Source: Peribolospora baueri
Lineage: Eukaryota
Assembly (NCBI GenBank): GCA_029717555.1
Contig: JAMDHS010000069.1
Location: 62,001 to 114,603, forward strand
Length of the DNA stretch: 52,603 nt
Direction of reading: 5' to 3'
Below the pieces are notes generated by a model. That model did not search any database. It worked only from the letters and a program-made list of their open reading frames with translations, and had not been told where the DNA came from. Shown piece after piece: positions 11,830 through 24,252 of this stretch (its first letter is position 1; each line of letters begins with the position of its first letter). The position numbers were made by a program, and so were the translations under genes.

Positions 11830-14800
11830 ATGCCACTCCGTCCACTTCAGCACCATCTCCTCGCCCGCCTCGACTCCTCCGTCCTCCCCGAGCCAGACCA
11901 CTTCAACAGCCTAGATCTCCTAAATTCGTACGTCGATACTCGCAAGGAACAAGCGGCTCGCTCGGGGCAAGGGTGGCCTCCGCCAAGTGCCCATTCTAGA
12001 GGGACCTTTGAGAGACGCCGCCGTGCGAGCTGGCGACGCTCGCGTGCGAGTCCCAATGCCGACGGAGGCAGGGTCCTCGTCTGCCACGACTTCAAGGGAG
12101 GATACACGGAAGATACGTTCGCGCGAGGATACACTCTCGAATTCCTGTGCGTCTCTCCTTCGTGACGGCCTCACGGTATCGTCTGTCCAAATCGGCACAC
12201 CTTCTGGCCATCCTGAGCGCGTCCGGAAGCTCAACCGTCTTACTTCGGGATTCTTTATGTTATGTTCAGGCAGCTGGTAGACACCTTCGTCTAGTGAGGG
12301 AGACGATCGATCGCTGAGCTGTCTGGAAGGTAGCGTGTTGACCTTTCGACCTTCGCCCTACCCTTCTTTCTTCGTCTGCTCTGGCCCATCCTCACAGCTT
12401 CTCACACAACCGAGTGACCATTCCTCCGCGCAGCTGGATCGATGCCTGTCATCATCATGGCGTTAAGGTGTTGGGAACTCTGTGAGCGTTCTTCGACGAG
12501 GATATAGGTGCTGAAAAGAGAAGGATAGGAGGAGAAAGAAAGCTGCTCTGAACCCGCAACTGTGACCTCCCCGTCCCAGCATTTTCGAATGGCGCGAGTC
12601 CAAACTCGACCTCTTCTCTCTTCTTTCCCCTGCCTCCCCTTCCTCCTTCTCCTCCTCTTCGTCACTCGTTTACCCTTACACCTTCCACCTCATCGACCTC
12701 GCCCTCTCGCGCAACTTTGACGGCTGGTTCATCAACGTCGAGACAGACCTTGACTTTTCCGAGCTGCACGGAGAAGGGGGCGATGGCAGCGCTGGAGCCA
12801 AGGAGAGGAGCATGGCCATGTATGCGGAGCGGTTGAGGACGTGGGTTGAGGAGCTGACTCGGCTAGCGAAGGAGAGGATCGGAGAGGGAGCTGAGGTGAT
12901 TTGGTGAGGCGTCCTCGTTCTTAAACCCGCTCTTCCGCTCAGCCGTGTGCAGCCTTTGAATGCCCTTCTCGTCGTTTCTCCTCACAGGTACGACTCCGTC
13001 ACTACTTCCGGAAAACTGGAATGGCAGGACGCGCTCACTCCCGCGAACTACCCCTTCTTCGCATCGTCCACGGGCATCTTCACAAACTACACTTGGTGCC
13101 ATCCACAGCGCTTCAGTCCTCCCGGCGCCTTTCCCGATCCGAGAGACGAGCCTCTGCCGCTGCTGGCGTTATCCGCGGCGATGGCGGACAGTAGTGGCAG
13201 GGAGCGTGCAAGGCAGGATGTGTATGTTGGAGTGGATGTGTTTGGGAGAGGGTGTTGGGGAGGGTGGGAGGCCTGGAAAGCTCTCCAACGGATCGGACCT
13301 CAAGGAGCTTTGGATTTCCGCAACGGTAACGCCAGAGGCGACGGCGGCGATCAACGCGGAACGACGGAGGACGAGAATGGGCGCGAGCTGGCTCTCGGCC
13401 TGTCGGTCGCTCTCTTTGCGCCTGGCTGGACGTGGGAGCGCGAATACCAACCGGCTGATGGTCAGGGAGGTGCCGTGGAGCGGACGTGGGAGGAGTGGTG
13501 GGCGGACGAGTGCAGGTTCTGGCTTGGCCCAGGCGGCCTGGACGGAAGCTTGTCGTCGACCATCGACACCAGATCCGATTTGGATCGGCAGGGCAACAGG
13601 TCTCTCTCGCAATGGTGTCCGAGGAGGATACCCGTGCTCGCGCCGCCACCGTTTCCCTTCAATACGTCTTCATCTCTAACTCGGGCCCGGTCTGGCAACG
13701 CTTTCTGGACGTCTTTCAGTCGAGGCTCCGGCGCCGCATTCTACGTTGACGGTGAGAATGTGCTTGACCTCTCGTCGAATGCAGGACGCAATGGCTGGAC
13801 GGATATGAGCGTTTGCTCTCCGAAGCCGGATCAGTTGTGGGGCGATGATGGGCAGCGACGTTTTGATCACCGTGAAATAGGCCAAACTGAGGGCGAAATC
13901 GAGCTTGTCGCTGCGTTGGTCGACGATGTCGCCTGGTTGGGAAGCAGCAGTGTTGAGGTGCGGCTCAATCCGACTTGCCGTCCTGGTCGTGACATCCTTA
14001 CACCTAAAGCCGTCACCGCCGACGTTCAGGAGCGGTTTGTGCCGCTCAACCGTATCGCTCTCGCGGGAGGCGAGCGATCCGGGGATGTCAACCTTCACGC
14101 CACGGTCATATATCGGCCGAGCGACTTGACCGTGTCTCTGCTCCACGATGTCGCAGTCGCCCTTCGTTCGGACACGGATTCGCCCACCGTCGATTACACG
14201 GTTCTGCGAAAGGACTACCGCGAGCTCGCGAACGGCTGGCGCAGGATCGATACTGTCTTTCAGCCACGGTCCGCGTCGTCGATGGCTGTCGACGTCATCT
14301 TGGGCCTTTCGGTGACCGTCGGAGCGGACGACAGTTCGAGGCGAGACTGGGATCGTCTGGTCGCTCAGAAGACTCCGCTCCTCCATGTCGGTTTGCTATC
14401 GCTCTTTCGAGGCGATTGGTCGAGGCGGGTGGCGGCGCGGGCAAGTCGAAGATACGGGACGACGGGTTCAAGTTCGAGACCTTCCGCGCTCACCTGGGTC
14501 GAGGTCAATTCTCCGTTGGGCGAGGGCGACAAGTCGCTATGGGGCGTCCTAAACTGGGATGGGAGCACGGGGACAGAAGACAAGCCTTCAGAGGCGGATC
14601 TCTACTTCGTTTACGCCTCCTTTGAAGGCGTACCTTCTCTTACATCATCCCAGGACGTGCCGTCTCCGTCGAACAAGCCAATCTTCTTAGGTACTTCCAC
14701 CTTCGAAGATGCTCCCACTCGCTTTTTCGTCGCCGGACTCACCCTCCCGCCAGAGATGGAGGAGCTTGGCGGTGGTGCGGTTTCGGTGACGTTCGTGGTG

Positions 14801-14875
14801 CGCGCTGTGGATGAATTGGGCGACGTGGAGGATTGGGAGGCTGCGCTGCGGACGAGGCCTATCACGATCCGATGA
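11830..14875 (+). CDS. Endo-beta-N-acetylglucosaminidase, glycoside hydrolase family 85, multi-exon, no obvious signal peptide
   Basis: GRVLVCHDFKGGYTED, DTFVYFSHNRVTIPP..WIDACHHHGVKVLGT, FDGWFINVET (catalytic N-x-E), VIWYDSVTTSGKLEWQDALT..N..FF...GIFTNYTW, VYVGVDVFGRG, LSVALFAPGWTWE. Confidence 0.93.
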
Positions 14876-15255
14876 GGGCGTCAAGTGTCTTGTCGTTCTG
14901 GTTTTTACTGCCGGCGGCAAAGGTGTTGAAAATGGGTACAGACCACGACGGAACGCCTGGATCGGAGATCTACGAGACGTCTTGCAATGGCCGGGGGGAG
15001 GAAAAGAAGTGTTGGCGAGCCGATGTTTCCCCCAGGTATGGATGACCGAATCACGACAGCGGAATGCCAAGACGTATATTTACGGAAGGGGCTGGGAATA
15101 GCGATGGGGCGTGGAACGACTACATTAGGAGGGGCGAAAAAAAAACGACACGATACGACGCGGGTGTACGAAACGATCGAGTCACCGGCCGGAGCGCGAT
15201 CACCCCTTCCCGAAGGAAGGGGAACGACGAAAAAGGTAAAGAGGGACGGCGCGGA

Positions 15256-17581
15256 CTAGACAAACTTCCAACCGCCGGCGCGAAGCATGAGGCCGTCGGG
15301 GTCGTAGCGCATCCTTAGCTGCTTGAGGCGGTCCACGTCCGCGTACATGTCTTTGAGCGGAGTGTGAGGGGCTGCATAGTTGCTACTCGATGGCGAGGAG
15401 CGCGAGGACAATATGGGAAAGGATGGTTAGACGAGGGAGGGAAATGAGCGAGACGATGCGTCCAAGGTTGGAGAGGCACTCACGGATACTTAAGACCCCC
15501 GCCTACGTCGCTATCCAGCTGCGCCGTCGATTTGAGCAGTGTATTCGTGAACAAGTCGTCGTCGTCGGGATCGGTCCAGCTGTACTGGATGGTGAGAGGG
15601 AAGACGGCGTGGCTGGGAGAGTGCTCGTAGGCTGAAGGCGTGGCTTGGTCCCAGTAGGAGGGGAGGTAAGGCTCAAGGAGGTAGGAGACGGAGGCGTGCG
15701 GGTCGTGGCGGAGGAGAGCGGGTCCCCACGAGTCGCGCTGAGCACGTTCGTAAACAAAAGACAGGGAATTGTTAGTGGTAATGGTCGATACAATGAGAAA
15801 GATCGGAGGGTCTACCTGAGCTACATTGGCCTTCGTCACGTTATCGGAAAGATCCTGGAAGCTAACAGTAGAAAACAGAGTCCTGTCGGAGAGGCGATCG
15901 GCACGCATACAAAAGATCAGCTGCGCGAAAGACCCAAGTGACTCTAATTCAAGGGCACATGGAGACATGTCGGAAAGCTCACCGGGTGCCATCGGTCTGG
16001 CTCACGGAGGGCAGAGTGCTTTCGACCAAATCGGCATACGATCGTCGCTTAAAGTCATTCTTCGCCGCGGGAATGCTGGGGGGTTTTCCGCGGACAGACG
16101 ACAGAAGAGCAAGGGTGAGGCCCAGGCAGCGACCATGCCATGTCGCACCCTATCGCAACTGGCACGGCTGCGTGGGAGTGCTCACGAGAGGAACGCGTCA
16201 AACACGGATGGCTTGTGATCTCCGTTGAAGAAGAGCAAACAAGTCTCCGACGGCTGGGGGCATCGGAGAGTAGAAGAGAGGTCATTCAGTGAGAGTTCCA
16301 CCGACGACCAGTCGGCGCCTCCGTGAAGAGCAAAGCCCACCCCGGAGGCATCGTAGTCGAAGAAGATCATGGCGACCGCGTTAGGGTCCTTATTGTTCTG
16401 AGCGAAATTGACGGCCGTATCACGGACTTGGTCGGCGTGTCCGGGCTTGAAAGTGATTATGCCGGCATAGACAGGTCCCTGGCGGTAGGCCTTGATACGG
16501 AAGTTGGTTACGATGCTGGAGGAGGACGGAAGGGAGGTTGGGACCGGCAGGGCGTCCTCAGCGACAGCCGCAACGAAGCAAAATTTCAGAGTGATAAAAG
16601 AAGCGGTGGAGTGAATACGCACCCAAAATTGTTTCCACCGCCTTTGAGCGCGTAAAACAAGTCGGGATCGGATCTGGCGTCGACAACGGAAATGCTCGAG
16701 TCCTTGGGACTGACGACAGTATAGCTGACGACGTTGTCGACGGCTAAGCCGTGCAGGTTGCTCAGGAAGCTGTATCCGCCGCCCAGAAGTAGTCCCGGCA
16801 CGCCAACTGTGGCCGCGCGGCCGCCGATGGCGGTGAGGCCGTAGGGGTCAAGAGCGTTGTACAGTTCGTCCCACGTCCAGCCTGGGCCTACGTCGACTTC
16901 GGCTGCGGGATGATCGTTCGAATGGGCGGAAGAGCGGAGGCTCAGGGGCTGCATGCTCGAAGCGTTAGACTGCAAACTGTCTCCGTGCGAAAGGGAGCGA
17001 CCAAAGGGGAAGTTGCTATGCAACTTAAACTGGCGCAGACGGTTGAGAGAGACGAGAACTCCGCGGGTGGAGGAAAATCCGGGATTGAAGGCATGGCCTC
17101 CACCTAGGACGCCGAAAAGGACGTCGGGAAATTGGCGCAGGGTCGTCATCTTGAGGAGTCAGAGAAGAGAGAGGTGGAAAAAGAAGTGAACATGCAGCAA
17201 GTAGGTGCGTAAAGAAGGGAAGAGGCTCACGATGACCACCACGTCATTTTCATTACCGGGCTCTACGGAGCATGTAGCTGGCTGTCTCGACTGGACGTTA
17301 GCCGGGCGGCTTACGTCGGCATCATAACCAGAGGTGCCTAGCGGATGGGGCGACAAGAAAAGAGACATTATCAACAAGGAACATCCTCGACAGATACAGA
17401 TATCATCGGATCGCCGCCCACCTGGATAGAAGACCTTTCCGTCGCTCGACAAGCGCTTCTCCAGTTGCTTGCACACATCCAGGACGCTGCCGTCGCCGCC
17501 GCCGGCCATGTCGTTCTGTGCCGACAAGGACGCGGCGAGACGGACTGAGGTAAATGCTAGAAGAACGGGGAGGATGAGCAT
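15256..17581 (-). CDS. Secreted FAD-linked oxidoreductase (FAD_binding_4 / berberine-bridge-enzyme-like)
   Basis: Signal peptide MLILPVLLAFTSVRLAAS; CSVEPGNENDV; GGGHAFNPGFSST (candidate flavinylated His); GGRAATVGVPGLLLGGGYSFLSNLHGLAVDNV; DLFYALKGGGNNFG; YP|NYA...RLKQLRMRYDPDGLMLRAGGWKFV*. Confidence 0.92.
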
Positions 17582-17792
17582 GGGTAACGAGGGTGGGGCG
17601 AAACGCTGAGAAAGACAATAGGAGCGTGTGACTCGGGTTTGCGTCAGTCAGAGGGTTAGGGAGAGAAGAGTGTGAGGCACACTGGTCTAGATAAATAGGA
17701 GCAAGGTGCTAGCTAGGAAGAAGAGAGCTCGAAGCGAAGTGAAGGTCCGCCGTCCTCTCTCTGGGCTTCGACTTCGAGGTTGGGCGTCGGTC

Positions 17793-17888
17793 GAAGGCGA
17801 GAAGGCGAGAAGGCGAGAAGGCGAGAAGGCGGCCCATCGAGGGCACACGCGACGCGACGCGATGCGACGCGACGCGATGCGACGCGAC
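17793..17888. repeat. Adjacent (GAAGGCGA/AAGGCGAG)-type and (GCGAC/GCGAT)n microsatellites
   Basis: gaaggcgagaaggcgagaaggcgagaaggcgagaaggc followed by gcgacgcgacgcgatgcgacgcgacgcgatgcgacgcgac. Confidence 0.8.
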
Positions 17889-18057
17889 CTCTTATCTGCT
17901 CGAGCACGACGTGGAAGGATCGTTTTACGTCCTACAGAAGGAAGGCAGGATGCCAAACAAGCGGCCAAGCTAGCCATGCCTGTATATTTGTTCGTCATGA
18001 GCCGACGGAGCACGGCACGTTTGTCAAAAGCCTCCGAAGAATTCTTGGACCCGTTAA

Positions 18058-18162
18058 TGTAGACTATAGACGTGTTATTGTAGAATATAGACACGTTACT
18101 GTTAAATGTAGACATGTTACGGTAAAATATGGACACGTTACCGTAAAATATGGATACCCTCT
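18058..18162. repeat. Five degenerate 21-bp tandem repeats in an AT-rich patch
   Basis: tgtagactatagacgtgttat / tgtagaatatagacacgttac / tgttaaatgtagacatgttac / ggtaaaatatggacacgttac / cgtaaaatatggataccctct. Confidence 0.85.
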
Positions 18163-19012
18163 GCAGTCTTTGACGGCCTGAATGTTAATTAAGGATGCGC
18201 AAAAGTCAATATCGATCACCATAATGTCATTCTTGATGGCAAAGAACGTAGAAGTCAAACAGCCCAATAGTCCATCTTGCTTTCGTCGGCTCCATCCCTA
18301 CATACATTCCTCCATCCCTCTACCACCCCTCGCCTCTCGGTCCCAACGCGAGTGACGAAGAGGAGCGGGATCGAGCGTGTACTTTCCTGTTCCTTTTTAC
18401 CCTTATCTTCTCTGTCCGTTTCTTTGTCTGCTGCGCTTTGTTTTGGCTGTCCATATGTATTCAATCCTTTCTGACTCGAAGCACGTTTCGATCCGACACG
18501 GTGTAACCGTCCCTTCGAAGGACGACATGGTACGATACGCAATTAGTGATACCCTGTTTGTTTTACGCCGACTGCCCTACATGTAGACTACCAGTCGGCC
18601 GTGCGCCGCGTGTGGAAGACGCTTGCGTTCGACGGTATATCGCATCGTGCTGCGCTGTGCTTGGCTCTGAAGGTCGGCCGTGATTAATTTTTGGGTAAGC
18701 AAGATGAACATTCAACATCTCAACATTGGAGTTTGGGTAAACAAGGTTTATGTTTGGTTTAACAAGATTCGAAGGCGGACGAGTGGCCGCAGCAAAGATC
18801 ACGTGGAGCTCGGCGCGATCATGACACATGCCGATCGATCGAGCGAAGAGGTGGAGGTGGAGGGAGGTGGAGTGGAGATCGGCGGCCGGCGGACGGCGGA
18901 GGGGAAGACAGACGCCCATCTTCCCTCTTTAGCACCACTCCACTCACTCGGCTTGTCCTAACCATCCTCTCATCCCTTCAGAGTCCATCGAGAAAAAAAC
19001 ACAATCGCAACC

Positions 19013-20549
19013 ATGCCGGCTACCGCAGAGACCCAGAGCTACAGGTTCAACCGTGAGTGCGAGTCCTCCGACGGCCCTCGTCCTATCCTTGGTCTGTGGG
19101 GGGACTGGAGTGAAGAAATGAGGGAAGGGCGGGGAGGGGCCTGCGGGAGACGAGCGTTGGATGAACGCGGAACGGAGGAGGACAAGCGGCGACTTGCGCC
19201 TTTATTAAAGCCGGCGCAAAGGCGTTCGATCGGGCGTGGTGGGCGACGAGGCCGCGAGGGTGGTAGAGCTGACCGCGAGGGTCGTCGAGATGTCTCTGAG
19301 GTTTCCTTTCTCACAAATTGGCGTCTCCTTTTCTTTGTTTATCTTTTCTATTGGGCCTCGTCCCTTTTGCACGCCGCCTCGCCTACCGGCCTGGCCGCCC
19401 GTGCGACAATGTAGACACGATGCTCCGCGTCAAGGATCCCAAGGCGTCGCTGGACTTTTACGAGAACATCCTCGGCATGGGTGGGTTGAATGGAGTCGTC
19501 TCTTCGACAAACGTTGATGGGGCGAACGAACGGATTCACTGATGCCGCCGTCTCTATGATCGACGATGTGGGACAGACCTCATTGACAAGCACGAAGCCG
19601 AGTGAGTGGCGGCGCGTGACTTTGAAAGCCACACGTCACACATATTTCCGATGGCCTCTCGCGGCTTATCGTACCGTCTCTCCAAATCATACGCGCAGGA
19701 CCTTTACCCTCTTCTTCCTCGGCTATCAGCACCAGAAGGGTGTCGAGCGCTCCAAGAGGGAGGCGCTCTTGGAGCTCACGTAAGTCCCTCTCGCGGTGGA
19801 GAGCGATCAAGTGGAGGTTAGGCTAGGCTCAGTGTATCATGTCATCCCTCAAACGCATTCGTAGTTGGAACCACGGCACGGAGAAGGATGACAGCTTCAA
19901 GGGCTACCACAACGGCAACAGCGAGCCTAGGGGTGCGTTCCATGCATCGTTCATCTCCTCGCCGCTGTGTCTCGCTGACGATGGGCCTTGTCTGCGGACG
20001 GTGGACGAACGACGGACGCAGGGTTCGGACACATTGCCATCTCTGTGGACAACATCCAGGCGTGCTGCGACCGTCTGGAGAAGCTGGGCGTCAAGTTCCA
20101 GAAGAAGCTTACGGAGGGTAGGATGAAGTGCGTATCGCGCCTATCGTGGTTCCGACGACTAGGTTGTAGGTTTGCGGTGACTGATTTTGTTATTGTTCGA
20201 CTCGGTGTTGGAATGCGTGGTGGGGTGCCGTGCCGTTTTAGGAACATTGCGTTCGGTGAGCATGGCGGAGTGTGGAGACAGAAGTGAATGGCGCTGACGG
20301 GTTGTGGTCTTTGCTTGTGTCTCGTTTCAGCGCTTGACCGTAAGTAGCGTCTTTTCGAGCGCCGAATTGAATCGAATCACTAACGACAGCCTGCGTTGTC
20401 TGACGGTTCCTTAGCCGATGGCTACTGGGTGGTGAGTATGGCTGTGGGCAGTCCGCATCCCGCTCTCACACGGACGGCCACTGACGCCGGGCTGTTGGTT
20501 GGCCGCCGCTGTTGTACAGGAGATCATCCAGATGCAGGACAAGATCTAA
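19013..20549 (+). CDS. GLO1: Glyoxalase I (lactoylglutathione lyase), single-domain type, about 10 exons including micro-exons
   Basis: MPATAETQSYRFN|HTMLRVKDPKASLDFYENILGM|DLIDKHEAE|TFTLFFLGY...EALLELT|WNHGTEKD...YHNGNSEPRG|FGHIAISVDNIQACCDRLEKLGVKFQKKLTEGRMK|NIAF|ALD|PDGYWV|EIIQMQDKI*. Confidence 0.96.
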
Positions 20550-20786
20550 CCTGGCACAAGAGCTCCCGCGTTGACGACGGTATGAGGAAAGGCGTTTTCG
20601 ACGGTATGAGGAAGGCGTTGTTGTATGTAGGAAGAGATGCCGTGGCGGGTTCGTGAACAGCCGAACTTTTTTTTTATACCGAAATGAACACGAGTGAAAC
20701 GAAATTGGACGGTGGTCGTATCGTATCGTACCCCAATGGTTTGGTTGGGTTGCCGTGTGGATGTACATATTTGGAGAGAGGGAAGG

Positions 20787-20831
20787 AGGATGGGATGGAT
20801 GGGATGGATGGATGGATGGATGGATGGATGG
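20787..20831. repeat. (GGAT)n microsatellite
   Basis: ggatgggatggatgggatggatggatggatggatggatggatgg. Confidence 0.85.
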
Positions 20832-21823
20832 TTCCTGACTGAGTCTATTTCGGGGTTACGGCCCCGACTAATCATCGGAGGCTAGTCTGTCTTTCCCCTT
20901 CCTCCTCCCCCATCGCCGGCACGCACGCCGGAGCTGCGCACGGCCGAGGGACGGCTGCGGATGGGCCGGCTGCGGCTGCGGAGCGGCTTGCCGCAGTCGA
21001 GCCAATCCCGCAGTCATTCAATCCGTCCGTCCGTCTCTTTCTTCGAAGGACGCTCATGTCGCGCTTTGCGTCGTCCCGTCTCGGCGACTGCGGCTGCGGG
21101 TCCGCGGTGGCGCTCGTGTGGGTGCCTTTGCTGCGGCGTCCGTCAGGGCGGGAAGGAACAGTAGTGGCTTATTATTAGTTGACTAAGGCGTCGCTGAGCG
21201 ATCCTCGCCTGCTCGCTAGTTAACACTAACGGAACGATCGTCGGCGTCGGCCCGCTGATAACCATCATCTGCCTCTTTCTTTTTCTTCTCCCATCCATCC
21301 ATCCATGGCCGTCGGCGGCATCCATTGCCGCTCCACCGCCGAGCATGGCCACTGCCGAGGCCATATCCACGTTCCCTTCCCTTCTTTCCTTTTTCCCTTT
21401 CTCGTACTGCCCGGGATGCGTGCGAGCGATGCAATGCGTGCGATGCGATGCAATGACCAATGATCAATGATGGATATGATGCGCAGACGACATCCGCAAT
21501 ACTCACCCCCTTTCTTGCACTGCTTGCCCCGGCCAACGCCCACCCACATCAATCACATCCACCGCTCCACCGCTCACCCTTATTTATCTCCTCGCCCTCC
21601 TCATTGCCTCCTCTCCTCCCTCCCCAGTCTCCCTCTCCGCCCTCGTACTTCTCCCACCCTCGTACTTCTCCCCCACGCTCGTTCTCTGTCCGGACAGACG
21701 GCGCACAGACAACAAAGGAGTCCTACCATCTACCTTACCCAATCTTACCCTCTATATCCATCCTCCCAACCACAGCCTCGCCCGCCGAGCTCACTTCTCT
21801 CCATCCCGTCCTAGACTGACACG

Positions 21824-23467
21824 ATGAAGCTCCTCGCACCCTCTCTTCTCCCCTTCGTCCTCGCCGCCTTGGCCTCGTCCCCCGCCGACGCCGACGCCCG
21901 TCGCAGCCTCTCCGCCGCCGCTCGCCGCTCCCCGGCTCCCGTGGAGGCCATCGAGATCGAGATCGCTCCTCGTTCCGCCCACTCCGCCCTCGGCCGCTTC
22001 CATAACGTTACCTCCCCCGCCGTCGACGTGAGCCTCGCCGACGCCCACCAGGTCCGCGCCCGCCACCTCTTCCCCCAGCACAAGCGCGCCGCCGGCTGGA
22101 CGCTCAAGAAGAACTACACCGGCTCCGCGTTCTGGAACAGCTGGTACTACGGCACTGACAGCGGCGCCAACGGCGGCCTCGCTCAGTACATCGACCAAGC
22201 CGCCGCCGAGTCGATGGGCCTCCTCTACACGAACAGCAACGGCTCCGTCCACATTGGCGTAGAGACGACCAAGTCGGTGTCCAACCTCCGCAAGTCCACC
22301 GTGCTGTACTCCCACGATACCATCACCCCCGGCTCGCTCCTTCTGTTTGACGCCTCCCACATGCCCGTCGGATGCGGCACCTGGCCAGCCTTCTGGACCG
22401 TCGGCACCGGCAAGTCCTGGCCCCAGGGCGGCGAAATTGACATCATCGAAGGCGTCTCCGAGTTTACCCAAAACGCCATCAGCATCCACACCGCCGCCGG
22501 TTGCTCCATTCCTTCCTCCGGGTACTATTCCGCAACGTTTATGGATACGAACCCTTCGACAAAGACGAATTGCGATGCGGATAAGACGAACGATCAGGGA
22601 TGCGGCATGCGAGACTCTGACAAGTCTTCCTACGGTACCGCCTTTAACGCCCAAGGAGGAGGCGTATACGCGATGGAGTGGACGGCAGCCGGAATCAAGG
22701 TCTGGTTCTTCGGTCGTCATAGCATCCCCCAGGATATTAAGAACGGAAAGCCGAACCCCACCGGATGGGGCAAGCCGAGGATGGACTTTAGCTCGCAGAA
22801 TTGTAATATGTATAATGCGTTTTCGCCTCAGCAGGTGAGTGGGCGGCGAGTGCGAGCGAGTGGAGCGAGCGAGCACGAGGAGGGGTTTTCTGTCTTCTCT
22901 TCCAAACACTCGCAGTCTTCGTCTTCTGTCTTCTCTTCCAAACACTCATCCCCTCCCTATCCATACCCCTATCTGTCCGTCTCCTACAGCTCGTCATTAG
23001 CTCAAACCTCGGTGGCACTTGGCCCGAGGGCGTCTGGTCCGTCCCGGCACAGTATGGTGAGCAGAGTGGGCGATCGTGAGCGAGTCGAATTCGAATTCCC
23101 AGCTCACTCTGGCCACTCTTGCTTTTTCTTTCGCTCCTTTCCTTTCGCTTCGCTTTCCTTTCCTTTCGCTTTTCTTTCGCTTTCCTTTCGCTTTCCTTCC
23201 TCCTTCCGCTTTCTCCGGCCGTCCCCGTCACAGCAAACCAGAACAAGTCCTGCCAGGCCATCACCGGCACCTCGATCAACAACCACATCCTCTGTCAGTC
23301 CCATCTTTCCTTTCCCAACCACAGCCCGTCGTCCTGCCGTCCTGACATGCTTCCGTCTCCCTCCTTGGTCTCCTTCCTCTTTTGTCTCCCCCCCCGCAGA
23401 CAACGGCGCAGCTTTCAACGAGGCCCACTGGACCGTCAACTCCATCTCCATCTTCACCAACAACTAG
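21824..23467 (+). CDS. Secreted GH16 beta-1,3(4)-glucanase/transglycosylase (fungal Lam16-like), 4 exons
   Basis: Signal peptide; HMPVGCGTWPAFWT...WPQGGEIDIIEGV (catalytic EIDIIE); SYGTAFNAQGGGVYAMEW; spliced end LVISSNLGGTWPEG...SCQA...NGAAFNEAHWTVNSISIF. Confidence 0.94.
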   Translation: MKLLAPSLLPFVLAALASSPADADARRSLSAAARRSPAPVEAIEIEIAPRSAHSALGRFHNVTSPAVDVSLADAHQVRARHLFPQHKRAAGWTLKKNYTGSAFWNSWYYGTDSGANGGLAQYIDQAAAESMGLLYTNSNGSVHIGVETTKSVSNLRKSTVLYSHDTITPGSLLLFDASHMPVGCGTWPAFWTVGTGKSWPQGGEIDIIEGVSEFTQNAISIHTAAGCSIPSSGYYSATFMDTNPSTKTNCDADKTNDQGCGMRDSDKSSYGTAFNAQGGGVYAMEWTAAGIKVWFFGRHSIPQDIKNGKPNPTGWGKPRMDFSSQNCNMYNAFSPQQVSGRRVRASGASEHEEGFSVFSSKHSQSSSSVFSSKHSSPPYPYPYLSVSYSSSLAQTSVALGPRASGPSRHSMVSRVGDRERVEFEFPAHSGHSCFFFRSFPFASLSFPFAFLSLSFRFPSSFRFLRPSPSQQTRTSPARPSPAPRSTTTSSVSPIFPFPTTARRPAVLTCFRLPPWSPSSFVSPPADNGAAFNEAHWTVNSISIFTNN

Positions 23468-23514
23468 GCATTCCTCCCGCTCCTCCCCCCTCTAGCCTCC
23501 TTCCTTCCCTTCCT

Positions 23515-23562
23515 TTACCGTACCGTACTTTACCGTACCGTATCGTACCGGACCGTACCGTA
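23515..23562. repeat. (TACCG)n pentanucleotide microsatellite
   Basis: ttaccgtaccgtactttaccgtaccgtatcgtaccggaccgtaccgta. Confidence 0.8.
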
Positions 23563-24252
23563 CTCCTCCACCCAGTCCTCCTCCTTCGGTTTACTTCGGT
23601 TTCTATTTCGAATCGCATTCCCACCGATTCTTATTTCGTTCCCGTTCCTTCGTTCGTTCGCTCCTTCGTCCGTTCGTCCTCGTCGTGGGCTTGAGCAAGG
23701 TCATCGTCTTCGCCATCGCCATCGTATCGAGTCGTGTCGTGACGCTCGCTCGCCGAGGGGCAGCACCGTGTGTGGGTTTGTTTTTTGTTGTCCCACCGCG
23801 TCGTCGTCGTCCTGGCCGTCGGTGCCCGTGCCCCATGACGACGGCGCTCCGGGAGAGAGAGGGAACGACGCGTTGGGGCCGGGCCCGCTGGCTCGCTGGC
23901 CAGGCATTGGCTTCTCGGCGTTGAGCTTCGAGTGCACCCCACAGGCCGTTCTTTCCTTCCTTCCTTTCACTCGCTTCCGCGTCACCCCGACCCGTCCGTC
24001 CAACATCTGTCTGTCTGTCTGTCCTTCCGACTCTTAACAAACAGCAGACGCGAAAGAATGAACCCGAATGAATGAATAAATACGGCCAGGCGCGAGCCCG
24101 AGGCCGCGTACATGCTTTCCATCCATCCCTCCATACGCACGTCCATACATGCATACATACATACATACCTACATACATGACACCCGCAGGCTACCCATGC
24201 CGACATTCATTCAGCATTCAGCGATCCGCCATCCGCTCGCTCGCTCGCTTCT

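Noticed and set aside
18058..18162. Regular repeats considered as a CRISPR array
   Set aside because: The units are contiguous with no unique spacers, there are no cas genes, and the context is eukaryotic.
21791..22945. 384-aa minus-strand ORF
   Set aside because: Antisense shadow of the GC3-rich GH16 exon with no recognisable motifs.
22890..22950. ~24-bp direct repeat tctgtcttctcttccaaacactc
   Set aside because: Local duplication inside a GH16 intron with no evident function.
21824..23467. 547-aa uninterrupted ORF taken as the true GH16 protein
   Set aside because: It reads through three pyrimidine-rich GT-AG introns by chance. Splicing gives a more typical GH16 C-terminus ending at the same stop.
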